In this document: positions 23,909 through 30,941 of the stretch, one piece after another
Position numbering within the stretch: position 1 is the first letter of the stretch
Layout: every line of letters starts with the position of its first letter
Source of the DNA: a virus
Strand: one strand, 5' to 3'
DNA length: 37,277 bases
IMG/VR virus record: IMGVR_UViG_3300042876_000891
Span: 1-37,277 of that record
Made by a program: the position numbers and the translations under genes
Notes under the pieces: model-generated
Seen by the model: the letters and a program-made list of their open reading frames with translations, nothing else
The model's database searches: none
What the model was told of the DNA's origin: nothing

Positions 23909-24901
23909 GTGGCCACCACCACCAGCACCGCGAAGCCGCTCCCCGCGCCCCCGTCGGCGCCGAAGCTCACCCTCGCCCGCGTCTCGAAGGGGCGCGTCGA
24001 GCACGCCGCCTGGCTGCACGTCTACGGCCCGGAGGGCGTCGGCAAGTCGTCGCTCGGCGCGGCCGCGCCCGAGCCGATCTTCATCGACGTCGAGCAGGGC
24101 ACGATGAACCTGGAGACCACCCGGTTCCAGTTCGACGACGCCGGCCGGACGATGCCGACGACCTTCGAGGAGTTGCTCGAGGCGGTCCGCGTCATCGAGC
24201 GGGAGTCCCACCCGTACCGGACGCTGGTCCTCGACACGCTCGACGCCGTCGAGGCGCTCATCTGGCAGCACGTCTGCGCCCGCGACGGGAAGGAGAACAT
24301 CTCGAGCTACGGCTTCGGGAAGGGTGAGAACATCGTCGCGCTCGACGAGTGGCGGAAGCTCATCGCCGCGCTCGAGCGGGTCCGGGCGAAGGGGATCAAC
24401 GTCCTCACGCTCAGCCACTCGGTGGTGAAGCGGTTCGACGACCCGGAGAGCGAGGGGTGGGACCGCTACATCCTGAAGCTGCACGAGAAGGCCGGCGGGC
24501 TGGTGAAGGAGCGGGCCGACGCGGTCCTCTTCGCCAAGTTCGAGACGGTGCTGAAGGCGAAGTCGAAGGGCGACGCGAAGAAGCTCCGCGCCATCACGAC
24601 GGACGCCCGCTTCCTCTACACGAAGAAGACCGGCGCGTTCGACGCGAAGAACCGCTACGACCTGCCGGAGGAGCTGCCGCTCGACTGGAACGAGCTCTGG
24701 ACCGCCATCCAGTCGCACCGCCCCGCGGACCCGAAGGACCTGGTCGACGCGATCAAGGCGCGCGCGGAGAAGCTCCCGGCCGACCTGAAGACGAAGACGC
24801 TCGGCTTCCTCGCGGCCGCCGGCGACGACGCGGTGAAGCTCTCGAAGCTCAACACGTGGGTCAACACCAAGCGGGCCGAGCTCGGCCTCGAGGAGGAGTA
24901 G
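23909..24901 (+). CDS. AAA/RecA-like ATPase (AAA_24 / Sak4-like, 330 aa)
   Basis: GTG start after AGGAGA. Walker A is YGPEGVGKSSLG and Walker B is TLVLDTLD. It has the usual neighbourhood of a Cas4-like nuclease and a DUF669-like gene. Confidence 0.7.
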   Translation: MATTTSTAKPLPAPPSAPKLTLARVSKGRVEHAAWLHVYGPEGVGKSSLGAAAPEPIFIDVEQGTMNLETTRFQFDDAGRTMPTTFEELLEAVRVIERESHPYRTLVLDTLDAVEALIWQHVCARDGKENISSYGFGKGENIVALDEWRKLIAALERVRAKGINVLTLSHSVVKRFDDPESEGWDRYILKLHEKAGGLVKERADAVLFAKFETVLKAKSKGDAKKLRAITTDARFLYTKKTGAFDAKNRYDLPEELPLDWNELWTAIQSHRPADPKDLVDAIKARAEKLPADLKTKTLGFLAAAGDDAVKLSKLNTWVNTKRAELGLEEE

Positions 24902-24904
24902 GTC

Positions 24905-25483
24905 ATGCTGAACGAGGGCAACTACAGGGGCAAGCCGGTCCGCGCGGCGCTGGGGCTCACCAGCACCGGCAAGGAGCAGATCGCGGTGCAGTTCGAGCTC
25001 GTCGAGCCGGCCGGGACCCGGATGACCTGGTACGGGTTCTTCACCGACGCGGCGACGGAGCGGACGGTCGAGTCGCTCCGGCACTGCGGCTGGCGCGGGG
25101 ACGACCTCTCGGAGTTCGCGGAGGGCCGCCCGCTGCCCGCGGGCTTCGACCAGGAGGTCGAGCTCGTCGTGAAGCACGAGGAGTACCAGGGCAAGACGAA
25201 CGCCCGGATCGCGTTCGTGAACGGCGGCGGCGGGCTGGCGATGAAGGAGGCCCTGACGGCCGACCAGGCGACGGCGTTCGCGCGCCGGATGAAGTCGAAG
25301 ATCGGGGCGTTCGACCGGGCGGCGGGGCGCGCCCCCGCGGCTGCGCCGCAGCAGCAGAGCCTGCCGAGGCCGCTCCCGCGGCCCGCGCCGAGCCCGGCCG
25401 CCGTGCCTCCGCCGGTGGACCAGCCCCCGCAGGAGCTGCTCGACGAGCAGGCCGGCCAGCAGGACGCGGACGTCCCCTTCTAG
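24905..25483 (+). CDS. DUF669-like protein, a putative single-strand-DNA-binding/annealing accessory protein (192 aa)
   Basis: It lies directly after the AAA_24-type ATPase. It has a Pro/Ala/Gln-rich acidic C-terminal tail ending DEQAGQQDADVPF, as in SSB-type tails. Confidence 0.45.
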   Translation: MLNEGNYRGKPVRAALGLTSTGKEQIAVQFELVEPAGTRMTWYGFFTDAATERTVESLRHCGWRGDDLSEFAEGRPLPAGFDQEVELVVKHEEYQGKTNARIAFVNGGGGLAMKEALTADQATAFARRMKSKIGAFDRAAGRAPAAAPQQQSLPRPLPRPAPSPAAVPPPVDQPPQELLDEQAGQQDADVPF

Positions 25484-25615
25484 CCGGGAGGGGAGCGGGG
25501 CCGGAGCGCGGCGCTCTCCGGTACGTGTCAGCGGCGACGTCGAGGGGCCGGATGGTGGTCCTGCCCGACGGAGGGTGCCGCACTCGGTCCCCGCTCCCTT
25601 CCCCCGGAGCTCCAG

Positions 25616-25834
25616 ATGGCAGCGCACTTCCAGTTCGTCTACCAGGCCGAGGGAGAACAGGTGTCCGCGCGGGCCTATGTCGGCAAGGAGGGCGAGCCGA
25701 ACCGGCAGGTCGGCACGCTCACGATGACGCAGCGCGAGTGGTGGGAGCTCGCGGAGATCCTGATGTCGGCGTGGCCGCAGCGCGTGGACTTCGTCCGGCT
25801 CGAGCCGGCGAAGCTCGAGGTGGCCCATGGCTGA
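25616..25834 (+). CDS. Hypothetical protein (72 aa)
   Basis: The ATG is preceded by GGAG with a 6-nt spacer. The text is plausible. Confidence 0.55.
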   Translation: MAAHFQFVYQAEGEQVSARAYVGKEGEPNRQVGTLTMTQREWWELAEILMSAWPQRVDFVRLEPAKLEVAHG

Positions 25835-26078
25835 CCCCGTCGGCTGCGACTGCCCTCACTGCCGAGCCGTCTCGACCGCCGCGGCGATCGCGCTGCGCCA
25901 GACCGAGGACTCGTTCTCCCGGCTCACCCAGGTGTCGAAGACGGCGTTCATGCTGGCGAGCGTCCTCTTCGTCGCCCGGGAGATCCGGCGGCTCTCGCCG
26001 GCGTCCCGCCGGGTCCTGATCGCGAACGCGCGGCTCATCGAGGCCGACTTCGCGGCCGAGAGGGCCAGGCTCTCGTGA
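25827..26078 (+). CDS. Hypothetical protein (83 aa) with an N-terminal CxCxxC motif and a hydrophobic segment
   Basis: The ATG overlaps the preceding gene by 8 nt. Text: MADPVGCDCPHCRAV... Confidence 0.5.
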   Translation: MADPVGCDCPHCRAVSTAAAIALRQTEDSFSRLTQVSKTAFMLASVLFVAREIRRLSPASRRVLIANARLIEADFAAERARLS

Positions 26079-26305
26079 CCTGCCCAGCGTGTGGCGCGCC
26101 CGCGTTCAGCGCCGTCGACCAGGCGGGCCGGCACCTGGTCCTCGACGAGGAGAGCTCGATGACGGGGACGCACATCGTCTCCGTCTCGACGCTGGCCGGC
26201 GAGCTGCCGCGGGCCCAGCTCGCGCCGCTCCCCTCCCCCGGCCCGCTCTTTTACCCGCACCACTGCCCCACCCCGAAGCCCACCCGAACCAGGAGAACCC
26301 CGTGA
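26075..26305 (+). CDS. Hypothetical protein (76 aa) with an N-terminal CxxC
   Basis: The GTG overlaps the upstream TGA (GTGA). Text: MTCPACGAPAFSAVDQAG... Confidence 0.45.
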   Translation: MTCPACGAPAFSAVDQAGRHLVLDEESSMTGTHIVSVSTLAGELPRAQLAPLPSPGPLFYPHHCPTPKPTRTRRTP

Positions 26306-26796
26306 AGCCGACCGGAGCGCTGCGAGACGAGCTGATCGACGAGCTGATCCTCAAGGAGAGGACCATCGAGAAGATGAAGCAGAAGCTGAAGGACGACACG
26401 AAGCTGCAGCGCGACAAGATCGGCGCGCAGGAGGCGCGGCGGGACGAGCTCGTCGACCTCCTGGAGGGCCGCGAGCACCAGCAGCCGAACCTGCCGCTCG
26501 TCGCGCCGGGCAAGGACGGCAAGAAGCCGGCGCCGGCCGAGCTCGCGTGGAAGGTCGAGGGGGCGAACGACGTCGCCGAGACGCCCGCCGGGACCTACTG
26601 CGTCGAGAGCGGCAACCCCGGCGCCGCGAAGCAGTTCGTCGTCTACTTCACGCCGCCGAAGGGGAAGTCGAAGAAGCTCGGCGAGGAGTACTCGAGGTCG
26701 CTCGCGAAGGAGACGGCGCGGAAGCACTGGCTGGAGCTCGCCGCGAACGCCGTGCTCGCCAACGCGGGCGACTCGAAGCTCAACAAGAAGTCCTGA
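26302..26796 (+). CDS. Hypothetical coiled-coil protein (164 aa)
   Basis: GTG at 26302 follows AGGAGA and overlaps the upstream TGA. The N-terminus is charged and heptad-like (LIDELILKERTIEKMKQKLKDDTKLQRDKIG). Confidence 0.55.
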   Translation: MKPTGALRDELIDELILKERTIEKMKQKLKDDTKLQRDKIGAQEARRDELVDLLEGREHQQPNLPLVAPGKDGKKPAPAELAWKVEGANDVAETPAGTYCVESGNPGAAKQFVVYFTPPKGKSKKLGEEYSRSLAKETARKHWLELAANAVLANAGDSKLNKKS

Positions 26797-26807
26797 CGCA
26801 GATCGGG

Positions 26808-26870
26808 CGAGGAATGGCAGGGCAGGCCCTGGCCGGTCCAGGCATGTAACGGCGAGGCGAGGCGTGGCAA
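26808..26870 (+). promoter_or_regulatory. Conserved upstream module copy 1: CGAGGAATGGC, 40 nt, then GAGGCGTGGCAA
   Basis: The boxes sit at 87 and 36 nt upstream of the ATG at 26895. The arrangement is colinear with copy 2. Confidence 0.55.
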
Positions 26871-26894
26871 CGCAGTACCAACCAAGGAGCGCAC

Positions 26895-27533
26895 ATGGCG
26901 AAGCAGGCGACAGCAGCGGTGATGCCCATCGGCGGCGGCGGAACCCCAACGAACGGCGCGAAGGGCGTCATCGACCTCTCGATCCCGTACGTCGCCCAGG
27001 TGGCGATCGTCGGGGTGGCGGACTTCCTCTTTCACCGCTGGAACACGGACGCGGTGGACGAGAAGGCCAAGGCCGCCAAGGGCTCGAAGGCCAAGAAGAC
27101 CGACGACGTGGAGTCCTACGTCTACCGGACCGAGTCGGGCGAGCTGGCGATCCCAGGCGAGTACCTGCGCATGGCGGTGATCGGTGCGGCGAAGTTCCGG
27201 CAGGATCCTCGCTCCCCGCGCAAGAGCGCGATGGATCTCTACAAGGCCGCGGTGATCCCGCTGACGGCGCTCGCCCCGCTGGGCACGCCGACGTGGGACT
27301 ACGAGCACAAGTGCCGCGCCGTGGTGCAGCGGAACGGCGTGAACCGGGTGCGCCCCGCGATGCGCTCCGGCTGGAAGGCCGTCTTCGAGTTGATGGTCAA
27401 CCTGCCTGAGTACGTCTCACCCGAGGCTCTCAACGAGACCATCCAGCAGGCCGGGCGCCTGGTAGGCGTCGGTGACTTCCGTCCCACCTACGGCAGGTTC
27501 CAGGTGGTTGGGTTCAACGTGAAGGACGTGTAG
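26895..27533 (+). CDS. Hypothetical protein (212 aa) with a glycine-rich C-terminal loop reminiscent of RAMP/Cas6-type proteins
   Basis: The ATG is preceded by AAGGAG. Non-coding DNA flanks it on both sides (98 and 129 nt). The C-terminus is AGRLVGVGDFRPTYGRFQVVGF, and an internal segment reads ELAIPGEYLRMAVIGAAKF. Confidence 0.6.
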   Translation: MAKQATAAVMPIGGGGTPTNGAKGVIDLSIPYVAQVAIVGVADFLFHRWNTDAVDEKAKAAKGSKAKKTDDVESYVYRTESGELAIPGEYLRMAVIGAAKFRQDPRSPRKSAMDLYKAAVIPLTALAPLGTPTWDYEHKCRAVVQRNGVNRVRPAMRSGWKAVFELMVNLPEYVSPEALNETIQQAGRLVGVGDFRPTYGRFQVVGFNVKDV

Positions 27534-27576
27534 CGGCCGGTCGGGGCACGGCCCGTTGGGGCTTGGTGAGCTGAGC

Positions 27577-27639
27577 CGAGGAATGGCGCGTAGCGGCATC
27601 GCCTGGCGAGCCAAGGCGCGGCGGGGTGAGGCGGGACAA
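27577..27639 (+). promoter_or_regulatory. Conserved upstream module copy 2: CGAGGAATGGC, 40 nt, then GAGGCGGGACAA
   Basis: The boxes sit at 86 and 35 nt upstream of the ATG at 27663. The box spacing is identical to copy 1. Confidence 0.55.
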
Positions 27640-27662
27640 GGTCTGGAACGGAGGGGCAAGGC

Positions 27663-28193
27663 ATGGGCTGTTCTAGCGACACGACGAAGACGCCTCCGAG
27701 CCACGAGCCGAAGGCCTGCCGCAGCTGCGGCGCGTCCATCTACTGGGCGCAGCTCGTGGACGAGCGCGGCGAGGTGGTGAAGAAGCCGGATGGGGCTCCG
27801 AAGGCGATCCCGGTGGACGCGACGCCGACGGAGAAGGGGAACGTCCAGCTCTACGCGCGGGGGACCGGGATCGTCGCGCGAGTGCTGGGCGTGGAGCAGG
27901 CGAAGCAGATCCGCGACGCGGCGTGGGCACTCGGCGGGAAGCACACGCTCCGGGTGTCGCACTTCGCGACGTGCAAGCAGGCGGAGGAGTGGAGGACGTC
28001 CAAGAAGGTCGCGGCCGCCATGGAGCGGATCAGCGTGGCCCGGCAGGCGATCGTCGCCACCGGCCTGAAGAGCGGCGTCATCGCGTGCCCAGTGTGCAAC
28101 GCCGACAACGCCCTCCGGTTCATGGTCAGCCCCCGCAACAACCACGTCCACGCGGCCTGCTCGACGCAGGGCTGCGTGTCCTGGATGGAGTGA
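27663..28193 (+). CDS. Zinc-ribbon protein (176 aa)
   Basis: N-terminal CRSCGASIYWA...HFATC and C-terminal CPVCNADN...HVHAACSTQGC motifs. Confidence 0.55.
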   Translation: MGCSSDTTKTPPSHEPKACRSCGASIYWAQLVDERGEVVKKPDGAPKAIPVDATPTEKGNVQLYARGTGIVARVLGVEQAKQIRDAAWALGGKHTLRVSHFATCKQAEEWRTSKKVAAAMERISVARQAIVATGLKSGVIACPVCNADNALRFMVSPRNNHVHAACSTQGCVSWME

Positions 28194-28196
28194 ACG

Positions 28197-28526
28197 ATGC
28201 GCTACGTCTACGTCTCCGGCCCGATCTCCTCTGACCCGGAGGGCCACGCCGTCGCCGCGATGGGCGAGGCCGCGAGGCTGATGGACGCGGGGCTGCACCC
28301 TTTCGTTCCCCACCTCTCGGTCTGGTGGGAGAAGCACCACCCCCGCGCCTACGAGTCCTGGATGGCGTGGGACTTCGCCTGGCTGAAGCGGTGCGACGCG
28401 ATCCTGCGCCTTCCCGGCCACTCGCCGGGGGCCGATCGCGAGATGGCGATGGCGCGCGAGCTCGGGCTCCCGGCGTTCCACTCCGCCGCCGACGTGATCG
28501 CCTGGGCGCAGGGAGCCGCGACGTGA
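28197..28526 (+). CDS. DUF4406-like / nucleoside 2-deoxyribosyltransferase-superfamily protein (109 aa)
   Basis: MRYVYVSGPISSDPEG...A..L...G..PFVPH........W...D...L..CDAILRLPGHS.GADREMAMARELGLP follows the DUF4406 layout. Confidence 0.5.
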   Translation: MRYVYVSGPISSDPEGHAVAAMGEAARLMDAGLHPFVPHLSVWWEKHHPRAYESWMAWDFAWLKRCDAILRLPGHSPGADREMAMARELGLPAFHSAADVIAWAQGAAT

Positions 28527-28747
28527 AGCGCGCCCTCTTCGCCGCGGCGGTCCTCCTGGCTGCCGGTCTGTGCAGCGCGGGCGGCTGGTGGCTCGGTCAC
28601 CGCGTCTCCCGCCCTCCCCTCCCGGACGCGCTCCCCGCCGCGCAGGCACTGGAACGCCGGCTGCGCGCGGTCGACGTCATCCACTGCGACGCCGACGAGA
28701 TCCTGGTCGCGACCTGCGAGCCGCGCGACGTCCGGACGACCCGGTGA
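28523..28747 (+). CDS. Small membrane or secreted protein (74 aa)
   Basis: The GTG overlaps the upstream TGA. The N-terminus VKRALFAAAVLLAAGLCSAGGWWLG is hydrophobic. Confidence 0.5.
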   Translation: MKRALFAAAVLLAAGLCSAGGWWLGHRVSRPPLPDALPAAQALERRLRAVDVIHCDADEILVATCEPRDVRTTR

Positions 28748-28800
28748 CCGATGCCGAGCTTCCACGAGATGAACCCGCCGAATGACCCAGATGGGACGAC

Positions 28801-28811
28801 GGGGGGGGGGG
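28801..28811. repeat. Homopolymeric G11 tract, ending 4 nt before the start codon at 28816
   Basis: Eleven consecutive G residues occupy the position normally taken by the ribosome-binding site. Confidence 0.9.
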
Positions 28812-28815
28812 CGCC

Positions 28816-29367
28816 ATGTCGCTAGCCACCGAGCCGCAGCTCGCCGGAGTCCACGGTGCCGCTGCCGACCGCTTCGCCGCCGAGGACGAGGCCCGGATGC
28901 GTGAGCTGACCGAGCAGATCCGGGCGAACAAGAACGAGCGCGAGACGAAGCTCTGCCCGTGCGGCTGCCTCGGCCTGCTCGGCGAGTGCCAGGACGGGAA
29001 GCCCCGAGCTGCTCCACCCCTGCCGCCGATGAAGACGTTCACCCCGCCGGCGCCGCCGGCCGAACCGAAGGAGTCCCCGATGCCCTGCTCGAAGTGCGGG
29101 AAGGACGGGCACAACGCCCGCAGCTGCTCGAAGACGGACCCGAAGCCGGCCCTCCCTGCCCCACCCAAGGCTCGCGCGGCCGCGCCGGCGAAGCGCGTCG
29201 TCCGGAGCCACGCCGGACTCGAGAACATGGAGATCGACGAGCTGCTCCAGATGCGCGACGAGGTGGAGGCGGAGATTGCCACGCGCCTCGATCAGGCCGA
29301 GAAGGATCTCGCCGCACTCCGGGCCGCCGTCTCGAAGGCCGCTCAGCGCGCGAGGGAGGCGGCGTGA
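28816..29367 (+). CDS. Cys-rich protein with a CCHC zinc knuckle and a C-terminal coiled coil (183 aa)
   Basis: CSKCGKDGHNARSC (29086-29127) fits C-x2-C-x4-H-x4-C. The text also contains CPCGCLGLLGEC, Pro-rich linkers and a helical C-terminus. Confidence 0.6.
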   Translation: MSLATEPQLAGVHGAAADRFAAEDEARMRELTEQIRANKNERETKLCPCGCLGLLGECQDGKPRAAPPLPPMKTFTPPAPPAEPKESPMPCSKCGKDGHNARSCSKTDPKPALPAPPKARAAAPAKRVVRSHAGLENMEIDELLQMRDEVEAEIATRLDQAEKDLAALRAAVSKAAQRAREAA

Positions 29368-29585
29368 CGATCCACGTCTACACGGCCGGCATCTGCTCCG
29401 CGAGCGTCTGCGCGCCGAAGGAGATGTCGGTCGAGGCCGTCACCGAGGAGCTGAACGCTACGCACCCGACGGGCATCGAGTCGCGCTGGTCGCTCTCGAC
29501 CGATCCGACGTTCGCGACCGGCCAGCCGAACCCCTGCCCCTGCGAGATCAACCCGCTCCGGCTCCACTACCTCTTCGCCTGCTGA
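29364..29585 (+). CDS. Hypothetical Cys-containing protein (73 aa)
   Basis: The GTG overlaps the upstream TGA (GTGA). The text is plausible (VTIHVYTAGICSASVCAPKEMSVEAVTEELN...). Confidence 0.5.
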   Translation: MTIHVYTAGICSASVCAPKEMSVEAVTEELNATHPTGIESRWSLSTDPTFATGQPNPCPCEINPLRLHYLFAC

Positions 29586-30053
29586 GTGCCCGCGCCCGCC
29601 GCCAGCGAGGTCCGGTACCTCTCCCCCCGGTCCCTAATGACCCGGTGGGACTGCTCCAAGTCCTCCGTCTACCGGGCGCTGGACGAGATGCAGCGGCTCG
29701 GGCTCTACTCCCCCTCCAACCCCGCCACCTGCATCTTCATCGGCGGCGACCGCCGCGTCTCCCTCTCCTCCGTGGAGGCCTACGAGCAATGCCACGCGCG
29801 CCTCGAGACGCAGCGACGATCTGGAAGATCGGCGGCCGCCGGGTCGGCTTCCTTCGGGAAGGCGTGTACGTCATTGACCGTCGTGTCCACGGGCGCCGCC
29901 TCAAGCGCTCGACGGGCTGCCTCGACGCGGCCGCGGCCGAGCTCGAGTACCGCCGCTTCGAGGCCGATCCTCTTGGCTACCTTCCTCGCAGCCGCGAAGG
30001 CGTCTCCTGGGCGGAAGCCGGGAAGCGGTTCCTCCGGGCCCAGCGGGCCGTAG
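29586..30053 (+). CDS. xis: Excisionase-like HTH protein. Only the first 70 or so codons look selected, and the ORF then stays open into the integrase gene.
   Basis: VRYLSPRSLMTRWDCSKSSVYRALDEMQRLGL...IFIGGDRRVSLSSVEAYE resembles Xis/AlpA-type HTH proteins. It lies directly upstream of int. There is no in-frame stop until 30051-30053. Confidence 0.45.
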   Translation: MPAPAASEVRYLSPRSLMTRWDCSKSSVYRALDEMQRLGLYSPSNPATCIFIGGDRRVSLSSVEAYEQCHARLETQRRSGRSAAAGSASFGKACTSLTVVSTGAASSARRAASTRPRPSSSTAASRPILLATFLAAAKASPGRKPGSGSSGPSGP

Positions 30054-30838
30054 CCCACAACACCGAGTACTGGACGCTGCAGCAGGCGCGCATCCTCGCC
30101 ACCTGGGGAGCGCGCCCCGCCTTCGTCACCCTCGACAGCTTCAACGCCGCCGACGTGAAGGCCTACCTGGCCGACCGCGCCGAGGGGAAGGCCGGGCCCG
30201 AGAAACGCAAGGGCCCCACCGGCCGCGCCACCAGGAACCGAGAGCTCGCCACGCTGAAGGCGCTCATGTCCTGGGCGCGGGACGAACGGCTCACCGCCAA
30301 CCACGCCGACGAAGAGATCCCCATCCTCCGCGAGGGGCGCGGGAAGAACGCGCCGCGCGAAATCCCCGAGACCGAGTGGCGCGCCGTCCTGAAGAAGCTC
30401 CTCCCGCGGTGGCGCCTGGCGTGCGAAGTACTCCTCGGCGTCGGCCTCCGCTACGGCGAGCTCGCCAGCCTCCAGCCCGAGCACGTCCGGACCGGCGGCA
30501 TCTTCGTCCCCGAGTCGAAGAACCGGGACGCCCGGACCATCCCGGCGAGCGAGCGCACCGTCCGGAGCGCGCAGAAGCTCCTGGCTCTCGGCGGCGTCCC
30601 GGCCGACCGCGGGATGCAGCTCGGGGACCGCCTCGAGGTGGCGTGCCGTCGGCTGAAGCTCCGCCCCTTCTCCGCGCACGAGCTCCGGCACACCTACGCG
30701 ACGAGCTGCCTCCGGTCGGGGATCGACCTGGAGACGCTCCGGGTCTGGATGGGGCACCGGAGCATCCTCACCACCCAGCGCTACCTGCATGTGGTCGCCG
30801 CCTCGACGTCGAAGCGCAGCGTCGGCGCGCCGCTGTAG
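29789..30838 (+). CDS. int: Tyrosine recombinase / phage integrase (349 aa)
   Basis: LRYGELASL (Arg), HELRHTYATS (H-x-x-R) and GHRSILTTQRYLH (His...Tyr) are the catalytic signature. The upstream part of the 520-aa track ORF is Arg/Pro junk. Confidence 0.85.
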   Translation: MPRAPRDAATIWKIGGRRVGFLREGVYVIDRRVHGRRLKRSTGCLDAAAAELEYRRFEADPLGYLPRSREGVSWAEAGKRFLRAQRAVAHNTEYWTLQQARILATWGARPAFVTLDSFNAADVKAYLADRAEGKAGPEKRKGPTGRATRNRELATLKALMSWARDERLTANHADEEIPILREGRGKNAPREIPETEWRAVLKKLLPRWRLACEVLLGVGLRYGELASLQPEHVRTGGIFVPESKNRDARTIPASERTVRSAQKLLALGGVPADRGMQLGDRLEVACRRLKLRPFSAHELRHTYATSCLRSGIDLETLRVWMGHRSILTTQRYLHVVAASTSKRSVGAPL

Positions 30839-30855
30839 CGCCGTGGCTCCACCTT

Positions 30856-30894
30856 GGGACTACCGGCAGGGACTTCCGGGGACTCAGGGGGACC
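30856..30894 (+). repeat. Four direct GGGAC(T/C) repeats with 13/10/10-bp spacing, candidate recombinase or Xis arm-type sites
   Basis: GGGACT at 30856, 30869 and 30879, and GGGACC at 30889. They lie between the int stop and the tRNA-like segment. Confidence 0.45.
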
Positions 30895-30941
30895 GGGAAC
30901 GGCCGGAAGTGCGCGTATTCGCTGGGAATGGAGCCCACCTC

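Noticed and set aside
22683-25828. Minus-strand ORFs of 393 aa (22683..23864) and 655 aa (23861..25828) antisense to the nuclease, ATPase and DUF669-like genes
   Set aside because: Junk composition. The plus-strand frames carry Walker motifs, a D..ExK core and SD-preceded starts.
26808-26830. The TGGCA inside the conserved 11-mer as a sigma-54 (-24/-12) promoter
   Set aside because: Neither copy has a GC dinucleotide at the required 10-nt distance after the GG, and the sequence following the box differs between the two copies.
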